This document shows positions 23,890 to 35,427 of a DNA stretch of 35,427 nt, one piece after another. Made by a program: the position numbers and the translations under genes. The stretch covers positions 1-35,427 of the forward strand of contig CAXHJY010001695.1 in NCBI GenBank assembly GCA_964016885.1. The letters run 5' to 3'. Positions within the stretch are counted from its first letter, which is position 1, and every line of letters begins with the position of its first letter. The notes under the pieces were generated by a model, which searched no databases, was not told where the DNA came from, and was given only the letters and a program-made list of their open reading frames with translations. The stretch is from Eledone cirrhosa (lineage: Eukaryota).

Positions 23890-23936
23890 CATCTACCAAA
23901 TTCCACTCACAAGGCATTGGTCAACCCAAGGCTATA
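23890..23936 (-). mobile_element. Short SINE-like fragment
   Basis: ATAGCCTTGGGTTGACCAATGCCTTGTGAGTGGAATTTGGTAGA recalls a common octopus repeat; from memory only, no second copy here. Confidence 0.4.
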
Positions 23937-24188
23937 AATAAGTTATGGGCTAACTGCACCTGTGAGCCACATTCTGTCTGTTTGGCTTTCTGAATTTTAT
24001 GAGTCACATCATATGCAACCCACTGCTCGAAAAAGCTTGCCTGTGTCTGCTATAAATGATACTTGCCCAAAATGCTACCTAATATGTTGTGGTCTCTCAC
24101 AGTTACTGAGGATATAATAGAAGGTACAACACACACACAAATGAAAGAAACAAATATAAATTACAAAACCAAATCAAATAGTACTTAC

Positions 24189-24444
24189 CAAGAGTTTGCC
24201 TCTTCGTATCAACTTCATGCGAAGTTAGGACGTAGTGCTGTAGGGCACTGTGTTTTAACCCCGTAGTGCATGGGGCACCTCCTATTGTTGTTGATGATGA
24301 TGATGCCCCAGAGGTTGGTGTGGAATTTGGCTGGGGGCCCACTCCAGGTATGTTATAAGGTTCCCCCTTCTTGGGCATTTTTAATGAGGGGTGCAACCCT
24401 TCTCTGTCTGTGCCGATTAATGAATGACGAAGGTTCTTTTTAAA
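24189..24444 (-). CDS. Internal coding exon (256 nt) of an unidentified host gene
   Basis: Acceptor TTTCCTTTTTCTTTTTATATAG, donor G/GTAAGT, raised GC, only one open frame: FKKNLRHSLIGTDREGLHPSLKMPKKGEPYNIPG..LKHSALQHYVLTSHEVDTKRQTL. Confidence 0.8.
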
Positions 24445-24939
24445 CTATATAAAAAGAAAAAGGAAATATTGATAATTTTTCAAAGTTAAAAAACAATACA
24501 ATACATGACAGGCCTCTATATACATTTTGACTATCATATTTTTCAGTCACAAACCTCTCACTGCATGTGAGTATATATATGCATACGTTTGTGTATGAAA
24601 GGGTCTTGTTAAACTACACAAAAAGAGAAATGCTATATTTTCTTTGCAGTAAAAATATAATACAATACATAGACTTATGCATACATCTACTCACAAGCCC
24701 TCTATATGGGTATAAAACATGGGAAGAAAATGTAATTCGCAGTTCAAACCTTTGTAGGCTTATCTGGCCTTCTATGAGGTATTTCATAGGAGATATGTTG
24801 GGTGTTTAAATAATATGGGCTCAATTCCTTTCATGTTATTACAGCTCACACTTATGAACATTTAGCTGGCCTTCTATGAACTTGCATCAAAAAGGAGGCT
24901 TTTGGGGGCGTTTTAATGTTGATCTCCCTATTCTAATAA

Positions 24940-26186
24940 AAATCAACAACTTCAGCATGATATTCAAGCATTATATAATGGTAATCTGAGTTCAAATCAA
25001 CAGCTTCAGCATGATATTCAAGCATTATATAATGGTAATCTGAGTTCAAATCAACAGCTTCAGCGTGATATTCAAGCATTATATAATGGTAATCTGAGTT
25101 CAAATCAACAACTTCAGCATGATATTCAAGCATTATATAATGGTAATCTGAGTTCAAATCAACAGCTTCAGCGTGATATTCAAGCATTATATAATGGTAA
25201 TCTGAGTTCAAATCAACAACTTCAGCATGATATTCAAGCATTATATAATGGTAATCTGAGTTCAAATCAACAGCTTCAGCGTGATATTCAAGCATTATAT
25301 AATGGTAATCTGAGTTCAAATCAACAACTTCAGCATGATATTCAAGCATTATATAATGGTAATCTGAGTTCAAATCAACAGCTTCAGCATGATATTCAAG
25401 CATTATATAATGGTAATCTGAGTTCAAATCAACAGCTTCAGCGTGATATTCAAGCATTATATAATGGTAATCTGAGTTCAAATCAACAACTTCAGCATGA
25501 TATTCAAGCATTATATAATGGTAATCTGAGTTCAAATCAACAGCTTCAGCGTGATATTCAAGCATTATATAATGGTAATCTGAGTTCAAATCAACAACTT
25601 CAGCATGATATTCAAGCATTATATAATGGTAATCTGAGTTCAAATCAACAGCTTCAGCGTGATATTCAAGCATTATATAATGGTAATCTGAGTTCAAATC
25701 AACAACTTCAGCATGATATTCAAGCATTATATAATGGTAATCTGAGTTCAAATCAACAGCTTCAGCGTGATATTCAAGCATTATATAATGGTAATCTGAG
25801 TTCAAATCAACAACTTCAGCATGATATTCAAGCATTATATAATGGTAATCTGAGTTCAAATCAACAGCTTCAGCATGATATTCAAGCATTATATAATGGT
25901 AATCTGAGTTCAAATCAACAGCTTCAGCGTGATATTCAAGCATTATATAATGGTAATCTGAGTTCAAATCAACAACTTCAGCATGATATTCAAGCATTAT
26001 ATAATGGTAATCTGAGTTCAAATCAACAGCTTCAGCGTGATATTCAAGCATTATATAATGGTAATCTGAGTTCAAATCAACAACTTCAGCATGATATTCA
26101 AGCATTATATAATGGTAATCTGAGTTCAAATCAACAGCTTCAGCGTGATATTCAAGCATTATATAATGGTAATCTGAGTTCAAATC
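24940..26186. repeat. Minisatellite, 23 x 54 bp
   Basis: Unit AAATCAACARCTTCAGCRTGATATTCAAGCATTATATAATGGTAATCTGAGTTC; AAATC at 24940 and 26182 (23 x 54 apart). Confidence 0.98.
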
Positions 26187-26286
26187 CCGCCGAGGTTGAC
26201 TCTGCCTTTCATCCTTACGGGGTCGATAAAATAAAGTACTAGTAATGCACTGGGTAATTGCTGGCCTTGTGCCTAAAGTAGAAACA
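26176..26286 (+). mobile_element. SINE family 2, 5'-truncated at the B box, with 16-bp target-site duplication
   Basis: GAGTTCAAATCCCGCCGAGGTTGACTCTGCCTTTCATCCTTACGGGGTCGATAAAATAAAG..GTAGAAACA; ATTATATAATGGTAAT on both sides; second copy at ~27350-27525. Confidence 0.82.
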
Positions 26287-27076
26287 ATTATATAATGGTA
26301 ATGTTATATAGTCTTTCATCCACATGTTTAGTGATGAGCCTGCTGAATATTAGTGCAGAGCTGATAACTGGGCTAACTCTGGTCTTGTTGATGCTTGGTG
26401 TCATCACTACTGTACCTCAGTTTCTGGCCTTCGCCTGTAGTTGCTTCACTAAATCCAGTCTACATGTGTATCTAACAAGATTGTAAGTTCTTTCTTCAAT
26501 GGCCTAAACACAGTATTTTCTTTGGAAAGATTGAAGACTGTCAATTTGGGTAACAATGTTGTTGTCCCACTTGCATATCCTTAGTCTTCACTTTGGTCAA
26601 CAACAATGGAGAGCACAGTTATTTGCTTTCAAAGCCTTGATCAATTTGACACATTTTTTACTGTTTCAACCATAGTATATCGGTGAAGCACAGAAATGCT
26701 TGGCAGTACCTATTTCCTGTTATGCAGTACCTGAGTTTAGCAGAAGCAGTTACTGGGGTGAGTGAAAAAGGTCCCGGAGCCAAAAGTGAGAATCAAATGT
26801 AAACCAGTGTACCAGTTTATCTGTATAGATACCACTGCCAGACATTAAGGTATTCTCACTCAAATATATATATATATACAAATATTTGAAGTCCATTGGT
26901 AATCAACTGGCTGGACAGGCTGGCAAAATAGAGTAGTCACATGGCATAGGTAAATATCCAGGTTTGAAATACAAAAGTTGCGGTGTAAGCATGGAAAATA
27001 TAGTTTAAGGAGACAACAAACTGAGGTACAAAAAGTCGTCTAAGTTATATGCTTTTATATTGAAAAAAAGAAAGTA

Positions 27077-27113
27077 AGTTCGACATGCTGGGCTGAAGTC
27101 TTTCTTCAGAACT
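27077..27113 (-). ncRNA. Strongly decayed hammerhead-like motif
   Basis: AGTT-CTGAAGA..CAT-GTC-GAACT; GAAA box lost. Confidence 0.3.
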
Positions 27114-27349
27114 ACAAAATAGAGACAGGAACACAATGGAGAAATAGATAACAGGTCCGGGTAAAGAAAAAAAAGAAAAGAAAAAATGAAGAGTGAAAAC
27201 GAGACAAACCATTAGGTAGTCTTGGTAACAAGTTAGAATCCAAAGTGGAGTGTGTGTATGTTTAAAGGTATATCAAGTATGGCCATTGCATGGTATAACA
27301 TTATCCTGTTAGCAGAAGCAATTACTGGGGTGAGTGAAAAAGATCCCGG

Positions 27350-27525
27350 AGCCAGTATCGGTAGAGGGTCTGACGCCATGCTTTGCAGCAAAGAGTTACG
27401 CCTCTTTATGGTGTGAGTTCAAATCCCGCCATGCATAACTTTGTCTTTCATCCTTACGGGGTAGATAAAATAAAGCAGCAGTAATACACTGAGATAATTG
27501 CTGGCCAAAAGTAGAAACAATTATT
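27350..27525 (+). mobile_element. SINE family 2, diverged copy
   Basis: GAGTTCAAATCCCGCC..CTTTCATCCTTACGGGGTAGATAAAATAAAG..TAATTGCTGGCC..GTAGAAACAATTA shared with 26176-26290. Confidence 0.75.
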
Positions 27526-27579
27526 AATAATTATCAATTAATGCTATTGTGCAATGCCAGTGTGTGAAGATTTTACTTA

Positions 27580-27776
27580 CATATATGCATACATATATAT
27601 ATAAATATATACAAATATATAAATATATATACATACATAAACATATATACATACATACATACATAAATATATATAAATATATATACATACATATATAAAT
27701 ATATATAAATATATTTACATACATATATAAATATATATACATATAAACATATATACAAATATATATATATATAAAT
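27580..27776. repeat. (TA)n-derived low-complexity tract
   Basis: Direct inspection. Confidence 0.93.
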
Positions 27777-30700
27777 ATCATCATCATCATCATCATTTTA
27801 CGTCCGCTTTTCCCTGCTTGCAAGGGTGGGACGGGTCTTATTCAGCACAGCATCTCTCCACTCGTCACGGTCCCTCGTCATCTCCACCGTGAGCTTCAAT
27901 GATCTGAGGTCTGTTCTCACCACCTCCGCCCATGTTTTTCAAGGTCTACCTCTACCACGTCTTCCTTCAACTGGCATTTCCTGGCACTTCTTCACCCATC
28001 GGTCATCCTCCATGCGCATCACATGTCCATACCACCTCAGTCTCCTCTCCCGTACACTACATTCTATCCCTCTCAGACACAGTTTCTCTCTCAACACATT
28101 TATGCTGGGTCGTTCACGCACATTTACACTGCACATCCAACGGAGCATGCTTGCCTCATTTCTCTCCAGCCGTCGCATATCTTCTGCGGTTGCTGCCCAT
28201 GTCTCACTACCATGCAGCATCGCGCTCCTCACACAGGCATCATACAACCGGCCTTTCGTATGCAGGGAGAAACCCTTCTTCGTCAACAGAGGAAGCAGCT
28301 CCCTAAACTTCTTCCAACCCGTCCTTATTCTAGATACTATGGCCTCGGAACACCCTCCTCCCATGCTAATCTGATCTCCTAGGTACCGGAAGCTATCCAC
28401 CACTTCTATAGCGCCCTCTCGCATTTGAAAAATGTGTCTATCAGTGCGACTTCTACTGTCTAATTTCCCTGTACATCTACTGCATACATATTTCTCCCTA
28501 CCTGTTAGTTTGCCTGCTATCCCGCTACATCTCTTGTGTACCCAGGACCTACATTGTGTGCATTTTATAGAATTTATGCCAGTTCCTTTTCTGCATATCG
28601 AACATGGCCATTTCCCTGACGGAATCAGGGTTTTGTCCTCTTTTCTACTCATCAACACTTTTGTCTTAGCTAGATTTACTCTCAGTCCTCTTGCTTCCAA
28701 CTGCTGTTTCCATAGCCGGAATTTATTCTCTAGCTCCTCTACTAATTCTGCCATAAGAGCCAGATCGTCAGCATAGAGAAGTTCCCATGGACAGCCAGTC
28801 TTAAACTCCTGTTATGGCTTGGAGGACTATAATGAACAAGAGCGGGCTGAGGACCGAACCCTGATATGTACTCCTACTTGTATCTGGAATTCCTCACTAA
28901 ACTCCATTCCTACCCTGACTTTACTGAGAGTACCTCTGTACAAAGTTTGCACTGTCCTCACAAGGCATTCCTCAACACCTGGCTTCCTTAGGGACCACCT
29001 GATGACAGATCGGGGTACCCTATCAAAGGCCTTCTCTAGGTCAACAAAGGCTAAGTATAGTGGCTTATTTTTCTCTCAGAACCTCTCTTGCATTTGTCTC
29101 ACCAAGAAGAGGGCATCTGTTGTACTCTTCCCAGGCACAAAACCAAACTGCATCTCATCTAGTTTGACCCTTTCTCTAATTAGTTGTGCTAAAATCCTTT
29201 CTGCCACTTTCATAACCTGATCTATCAGTTTTATACCCCTATAATTGCTCCTCTCCAAAGCATCCCCTTTACCTTTGTAGCAATTTATGAGAATACTGCT
29301 GCACCAGTCTTTGGGTATGACACCACCATATATAGCCCGATTGATGATGCGTGCAACCAGTTTAGTGCCTACGTCCTCTGATGCTTTCAGCATCTCAGCA
29401 ACTATTCCCGATGGTCCGGCCGCCTTACCATTTTTCATTTCCCTAATCGCCTCTTGGACCCTATATTCGTCAATCTCAATAGCTGGTCCCTCTGTCGGAT
29501 CTACCAAGGGTAATTTCTCTCTCTCCCATTCGTTCTCCACATTCATCAGTCTCTCATAATGACATTTCCAGGCCTCCTTTTTCTGGTCATTCGTGACACT
29601 AAGTACACCGGCATCATCCCGGACACATTTATCACCAACAACATCCTGATTTGCATTGACACACTGCCTTGCAATGTGGAACACCGCACGCCTCTGATCT
29701 TCCCGTCGCAGAACATTGGCAAACCTCCTACTCTCTGCGTGCTAAGTACACCTGACGTCTAGCTTCTCTCTTAGTGGCTGTATATTCTTCCCTACTCCCA
29801 CCCTTTTTCCAAGCCTTCCATGCTAGTCTTTTGTCTCTAATAGCCTTATCTACTGTGCTGCTCCACCACCAGGTCACTCTCTGTCTGGTTGGAGCTCTGC
29901 TCCAGCCACAGGTTTCATCAGTAGCCTTCAGCAAGTTGTCATGTAAGAACTTCCAGTTATTATCTATGTCATACGTCTCTAAATCGTCTTCTTTTTCGTC
30001 ATATACATCTTGAAGGGCTTTCCTAAATTTGAATTTTAGTGAAAGGTCTTTTAGCTTCCAGACCTTTCTTCTCCACACCTTCCTATATGTCTCATTCCAT
30101 CTCTTGCTTACTGAGATATCACTAACAACTAATCTATGCTGTGGGGTACATTCTTCCCCAGGGTATGCCTTGGTATTAGACACTATCTGCCTGTCCCGCT
30201 GCCTAACTAGCAGGAAGTCAATCTGGCTTATGTGCTCACCAGATTTGTAGGTTATTAGGTGATTGGCAGGTTTCTGGAAGTTTGTGTTGCAAATAGTCAA
30301 TGTACTTGCATCACAAAATTCAAGAAGTCTCACTCCATGTCTTGAACCGTAACCGTGCCCACCATGTACCCCAGTGTAACCATCCTGGAGCTGTCCAACA
30401 TGACCATTGAAGTCTCCTGCTAGCATAACGATGTCTCCGTCCTCTGTCATTGTGGTTGTTTGCAAAAGTTGCTCATAAAGGCAGTCTTTCTCATCTTTGC
30501 CTAGGCCTGCTTGGGGAGCATAGACCGAGATATTTGTCAGTAGTCTCCTACCTACAACTAATCTAAGCTTAATTATTCGATTACTAACTCGAACTACCTC
30601 TATTGTCTTACTGATCCATTTCTCAGCCAGGAAAATGCCTACTCCCCCTAACCCATCATCCTTACCTACCCAGAATAGCTTATAGCCAAGACGCTTGCCT

Positions 30701-31041
30701 ACGACTAGTCTCGCAGAGGCACCTCTCCATCTCACCTCTTGCACGCGGCACACATCCACCTGCCTTCTCTCCAGCATCTCCGCTATTTCAGCAGATCTAC
30801 CTCTGAGAGTGCCAACATTAAGTGTTGCAACTCTGAGATGCGACGTCTTCATATTTTTCTATGCTGTTTTGTTAATGTGCTGATAAACTTTTTGGCATTG
30901 ATACACTGATAGGATGTCCTTCCTAACACCAGCACCACTTTACAGCATGGACTGGGTGCTTTTATTTGTGCCACCAGCACTAGAGAGGATGTCTTACTAG
31001 ACTCAAGGGCCCTCTCTACCCCTCCATTTTACAGCATGGTC

Positions 31042-31044
<3 letters not shown>
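27777..31044 (-). mobile_element. Near full-length RTE LINE family B (5'UTR, APE endonuclease, RT), disabled
   Basis: ATG at 30852: RVATLNVGTL..VQEVRW..SVYAPQ..GDFNGHVG..SQIDFLL..TPQHRLV; frameshift at ~29730, TTA>TGA at 29076-29078, +2/-2 indels at ~28865 and ~28810; (GAT)n tail. Confidence 0.96.
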
Positions 31045-31082
<38 letters not shown>

Positions 31083-31560
31083 TACATATATATACATACA
31101 TATATATATATACATATACATACATACATATATATATATACATATATATACATATACATATATATACATATACACATATATACATATATATACATATACA
31201 TACATATATTTACATACATATATATACATATACATACATATATTTACATATATATACATATACATACATATATATATACATACACAAATATATATACATA
31301 CACATACATACATAAATACACATATATATACATATATACACATATATATACACATATATACATATATATACACATATATAGACATATATACACATATATA
31401 CATATATACACATATATACACATATATACATATATATGCACATATATACATATATATACACATATATACATATATATACACATATATACACATATATACA
31501 TATATATACACATATATACACATATATACACATATATACATATATATACATACATATACA

Positions 31561-31594
<34 letters not shown>

Positions 31595-31641
31595 CATATA
31601 TATATACATATATATATACATATATATATATACATATATAC

Positions 31642-31708
<67 letters not shown>

Positions 31709-31817
31709 CATATATATATATACATATATACATATACATATATACATATACATATACATATATACATATATACATATATATATATACATATATATATATA
31801 CATATATACATATACAT

Positions 31818-31886
<69 letters not shown>

Positions 31887-31951
31887 CATATATATACATA
31901 TATATACATATATATACATATATATATATATATACATATACATATACATAT

Positions 31952-31996
<45 letters not shown>

Positions 31997-32207
31997 CATA
32001 TATATATATACATATATATATATACATATATATATATATACATATATACATATATACATATATACATATACATATATATATACATACATATATATATATA
32101 CATACATATATATATATACATATACATATATATATACATATACATATATATATACATATATATATACATATATATATATATACATATATATATACATATA
32201 TATATAC

Positions 32208-32264
<57 letters not shown>

Positions 32265-32265
32265 C

Positions 32266-32336
<71 letters not shown>

Positions 32337-32337
32337 C

Positions 32338-32384
<47 letters not shown>

Positions 32385-32409
32385 CATATATATACATATA
32401 TATATATAC

Positions 32410-32488
<79 letters not shown>

Positions 32489-32517
32489 CATATATATATA
32501 CATACATATATATATAC

Positions 32518-32564
<47 letters not shown>

Positions 32565-32609
32565 CATATATATATACATACATATATATATACATACATA
32601 TATATATAC

Positions 32610-32658
<49 letters not shown>

Positions 32659-32989
32659 CATATATATATACATATATATATATATACATATATATATACA
32701 TATATATACATATATATATACATATATATATATATACATATATATATACATATATATATATATACATATATACATATATATATACATATATATATATATA
32801 CATATATATATACATATATATACATATATACATATATATATATATACATATATACATATATATATATATACATATATACATATACATATACATATATACA
32901 TATATATATATACATATATATATACATATACATATATATATACATATACATATATATATACATATACATATATATACATATATATACAC

Positions 32990-33054
<65 letters not shown>

Positions 33055-33069
33055 CATATATATATATAC

Positions 33070-33120
<51 letters not shown>

Positions 33121-33287
33121 CATATATATATACATATATATATATACATATATATATATACATATATATATACACATATATATATACATATATATATATA
33201 CATATATATATACATATATATATATACATATATATATATACATATATATATACATATATATATACATATATATATACATATATATAC
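31045..33287. repeat. Poly(A) run (31045-31080) followed by 2.2-kb (TA)n/(CATA)n microsatellite
   Basis: Direct inspection. Confidence 0.98.
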
Positions 33288-35217
33288 ATGGGACACACCA
33301 TGGTCACCCGCATAGTTAACCAAGTCGTACAGAATGGGGTTGTTCCGAAGGACTGGCATAGCAGCATCATCGTTAACTGTTATAAGGGTAAAGGAGACGC
33401 CCTAGATAGGAGTAACTATAGAGGCATTAAATTAATCGACCAGGTCATGAAGGTCACAGAAAAAGTAATAGCGCAACTAATCAGAGAGAGAATTGACCTA
33501 GATGAAATGCAGTTCGGGTTTGTGTCAGGCAAAAGTACCACAGACGCTCTTTTCATAGTACGACAACTACAGGAGAAGTACCTAGCTAAAGGTAAACCCC
33601 TCTACTTAGCTTTTGTCGACTTGGAGAAAGTCTTCGACAGAGTCCCCCGCTCCATTATCTGGTGGGCTCTTAGAAAACTAGGCGTTGACGAATGGCTTGT
33701 GAGGGCTATACAAGCCATGTATAAAGAAACAGTCAGCAAGGTTAGAATTAACAACGAATATAGTGAAGAGTTTAGCGTAAAAGTTGGCGTCCATCAGGGC
33801 TCTGTTCTCAGCCCCCTACTATTTATTATTGCCCTTCAGGCTATAACAGAGGAGTTCAAGACAGGCTGCCCATGGGAACTCCTATACGCAGACGACCTGA
33901 CACTCATAGCGGAATCAATGGCCGAGCTAGAGAAGAAATTCCAAACATGGAAGCACGGCCTAGAGTCAAAAGGACTTAAAATTAACCTGGCTAAGACCAA
34001 AGTTCTAGTTTGTAGGAAAGAAAACAAGGCGGCGGTCCCTTCTGGGAAATGGTCGTGCTCGGTGTGTAGGAAAGGCGTAGGTAGAAACTCCATTTTGTGT
34101 CCTAAATGCAAAGTATGGGTGCATAAAAGATGTAGTGGGATCACAGGTAAGCTAACTAAGAACATAGATTTTACATGTGGCCGGTGTTCTGGTGCAATAA
34201 GTAGCAGCAAGTGCCCACACAATACTAGCTCTTTCAATTGCGCAGAGGGTTCTATAGAAATAGTGGACAGCTTCCGTTACCTGGGCGATAAAATCAGCAG
34301 TGGGGGAGGGTGCTCTGAAAGTACTGTAGCTAGAGTCAGAACTGGTTGGAAAAAGTTCAGAGAGCTTATACCACTATTAGCTGCTAAAGGGTTCTCCCTA
34401 AAAATGAAAGGCAGGTTGTACGATGCCTGCATACGAACAGCAATGTTGCATGGCAGTGAGACCTGGGCATTGTGTGCAGAGGATATACGCAGACTAGAGA
34501 GGAACGAAGCTTGCATGCTCCGCTGGATGTGTAACAGTAATATACGTGAACGGCAAAGCATAAACGAACTAAGGAAAAAATTAGAGATAAGAGGGATCAG
34601 ATGTTGTTTACTCGAGAGAAGGCTACGTTGGTATGGACACGTGATGCGCATGAAAGTCGATAGCTGTATAACAAAGTGCAGGGCAATAAAGATAGACGGT
34701 ATAGCCACGGAATAGGCAGACCTAGAAAAACCTGGGACGAGCTGATAAACTCCGACCTCACACACTTACACCTCTCCAAGACAATGTCACTGGACCGAGA
34801 CCTTTGGCGGTACTCAGTAACAGAGAAGACCCGCCTTGCCAGTAGGCATCTCTAACAAAATACACCCCGTCCCACCACCACCACCCCCACCCCATCCACA
34901 CCACCCCGTCCTATGTAAAGTTATGTTGGTGCCGCGCCATCCGGGCCGAAACAAATGAGATCGTGTAGGTGTCACGACAAAAAAACACACAGTCCACGCT
35001 GTAATGTGGCCGTGTAGGCAACACGGTAAAAACCTCCCAGACCCACACTGTAAATGTGGTTGGTGTTAGGAAGGGCATCCAACTGTAGAAAACCTGCCAG
35101 ACAGTCCTATGCGAGCAAGACAATCACTCTTGCCTCAAGTGGGACTACCCCCGTCCAAACCCATGCAAGCGTGGAACACGGACGTTAAACGTTGATGATG
35201 ATGATGATGATGATGAT
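33288..35217 (+). mobile_element. RTE LINE family A, 5'-truncated; RT frame open 33288-34715, then frameshift; 3'UTR 34840-35217
   Basis: NYRGIKL..QFGF..YADD..PHD-like finger..[14 protein letters not shown]; GRPRKTWDE continues in another frame; (GAT)n tail. Confidence 0.96.
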
Positions 35218-35277
35218 ACATATATATACATATATATACATATATATACATATATATACATATATATATATATATAG

Positions 35278-35330
<53 letters not shown>

Positions 35331-35343
35331 CATATATATATAC

Positions 35344-35377
<34 letters not shown>

Positions 35378-35390
35378 GTATATATATATG

Positions 35391-35424
<34 letters not shown>

Positions 35425-35427
35425 ATA
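35218..35427. repeat. (TA)n microsatellite
   Basis: Direct inspection. Confidence 0.97.

Noticed and set aside
23940-24050. Extra minus-strand exon QTQASFFEQWVAYDVTHKIQK
   Set aside because: Phase incompatible with the upstream exon, and weak splice sites
24933-26183. 416-aa repeat protein or CRISPR array
   Set aside because: A 54-bp unit is a multiple of 3, so the open frame is incidental; units are contiguous with no unique spacers and no cas genes; origin is explained by the SINE junction
26310-26700. Higher-complexity segment as an exon or old LINE
   Set aside because: No sustained frame, splice pair or recognisable motif

Overview
Eukaryotic, repeat-saturated DNA. The SINE and LINE families present suggest a cephalopod (octopus-like) genome; this is inferred, not shown. 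About a third of the window is (TA)n/(CATA)n microsatellite, and all the long Y/I/M/C-rich ORFs are artefacts of it. Inserted in these arrays are at least six RT-bearing RTE-clade LINE copies of two families, each with a C4HC3 PHD-like finger inside the RT domain. One copy is near full length but disabled, and one keeps an open frame of about 700 codons. Also present: five copies of a tRNA-headed SINE whose tail equals the LINE 3' end, a second SINE family, a non-autonomous RTE derivative, two truncated Penelope-like GIY-YIG elements, and three intact-core plus several decayed type I hammerhead ribozymes. A 23 x 54-bp minisatellite with higher-order structure arose at a SINE insertion junction. 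One strong and two probable phase-compatible exons of an unidentified minus-strand host gene lie at 23.4-24.4 kb. The most interesting signals are a covarying pseudoknot+hairpin RNA module shared by a LINE 5'UTR, LINE 3'UTRs and the SINE body, the dense set of dissimilar hammerheads, and the B-box minisatellite.
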